DNA of 64,000 nucleotides from Mobula hypostoma (lineage: Eukaryota). The notes under the pieces were generated by a model that saw nothing but the letters and a program-made list of their open reading frames with translations, was not told the DNA's origin and searched no databases. The position numbers and the translations under genes are program-made. Shown here in pieces: positions 63,587-64,000 of this stretch. The stretch covers positions 32,366,001-32,430,000 of the forward strand of contig NC_086108.1 of NCBI RefSeq assembly GCF_963921235.1, written 5' to 3'. Each line of letters begins with the position of its first letter. The stretch's first letter is position 1.

Positions 63587-64000
63587 AATGGAATGAGGAG
63601 GAGGAGACCAGTGTGTATTACGTAAACAATTACAGGCTATTCACTGAATGGGGTGGGGAGCTGATAAACTAGAAAACTCAATGAATGAAGTCACTTAAGA
63701 AACTCTTTACATTAAAATCTTGTTAATCCAGGCAACATTCTAATGGATTTCCTCTGCACCCTGTGAAGGATAATCACATTTTTTCCTTATTCTGGTGCTA
63801 GTGACTAGAAATGCACACAGTAGTGCAAGTGTAACATAACCACTGTTTAGTGAAGTTGTGAAGTGACATCCCAACTCTATATTCTGTGTCCAGTCTGAAG
63901 ATGAGCATGGCTATGCCACCTTCAGTACCCCATCCACCAGGGTTACCACTTTCAGAGAACCATGGACGAGCTCCACTGTCCCTCTGTTCATCAGCATTCC

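Noticed and set aside
54797..64000. Remaining VAMP4 exons (SNARE motif, TM)
   Set aside because: No VQNQVDEV-like coding segment with splice sites was found; presumably beyond the window.

Overview
Eukaryotic, repeat-rich vertebrate genomic DNA. A cartilaginous fish (ray/shark) is inferred from the HE1-like V-SINE and the CR1/Rex/RTE/Penelope repertoire. The only host gene I can support is the 5' part of VAMP4 on the + strand: a CpG-rich promoter and probable non-coding exon 1 at ~10.8-11.0 kb, then coding exons at 24921-24986, 48234-48280 and 54746-54796. These splice to MPPKFKRHLDDDDVTGSVRSERRNLLEDDSDEEEDFFLRGPTGPKFGPKNDKIK; the SNARE and TM exons are not in the window. Nearly all other ORFs in the track are decayed transposon fragments or noise: Rex/Babar-type, RTE, CR1, L1 and Hero-like non-LTR elements, Penelope-like remnants, Tc1/mariner and hAT derivatives, SINEs, a solo LTR and a minisatellite. 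The most notable items are: (1) dispersed minimal hammerhead-ribozyme motifs in Penelope-derived inverted repeats, including a 171-bp hairpin mini-insertion and a Penelope-in-Penelope nest; (2) a solo LTR 31 nt upstream of VAMP4 exon 3; (3) a fold-back Tc1 family; (4) a TIR element with a 6-bp target duplication; (5) a higher-order 43/44-bp minisatellite; (6) a NAGNAG acceptor at exon 4. There is no CRISPR array or prokaryotic system. All family names are by motif recognition, not by database search.
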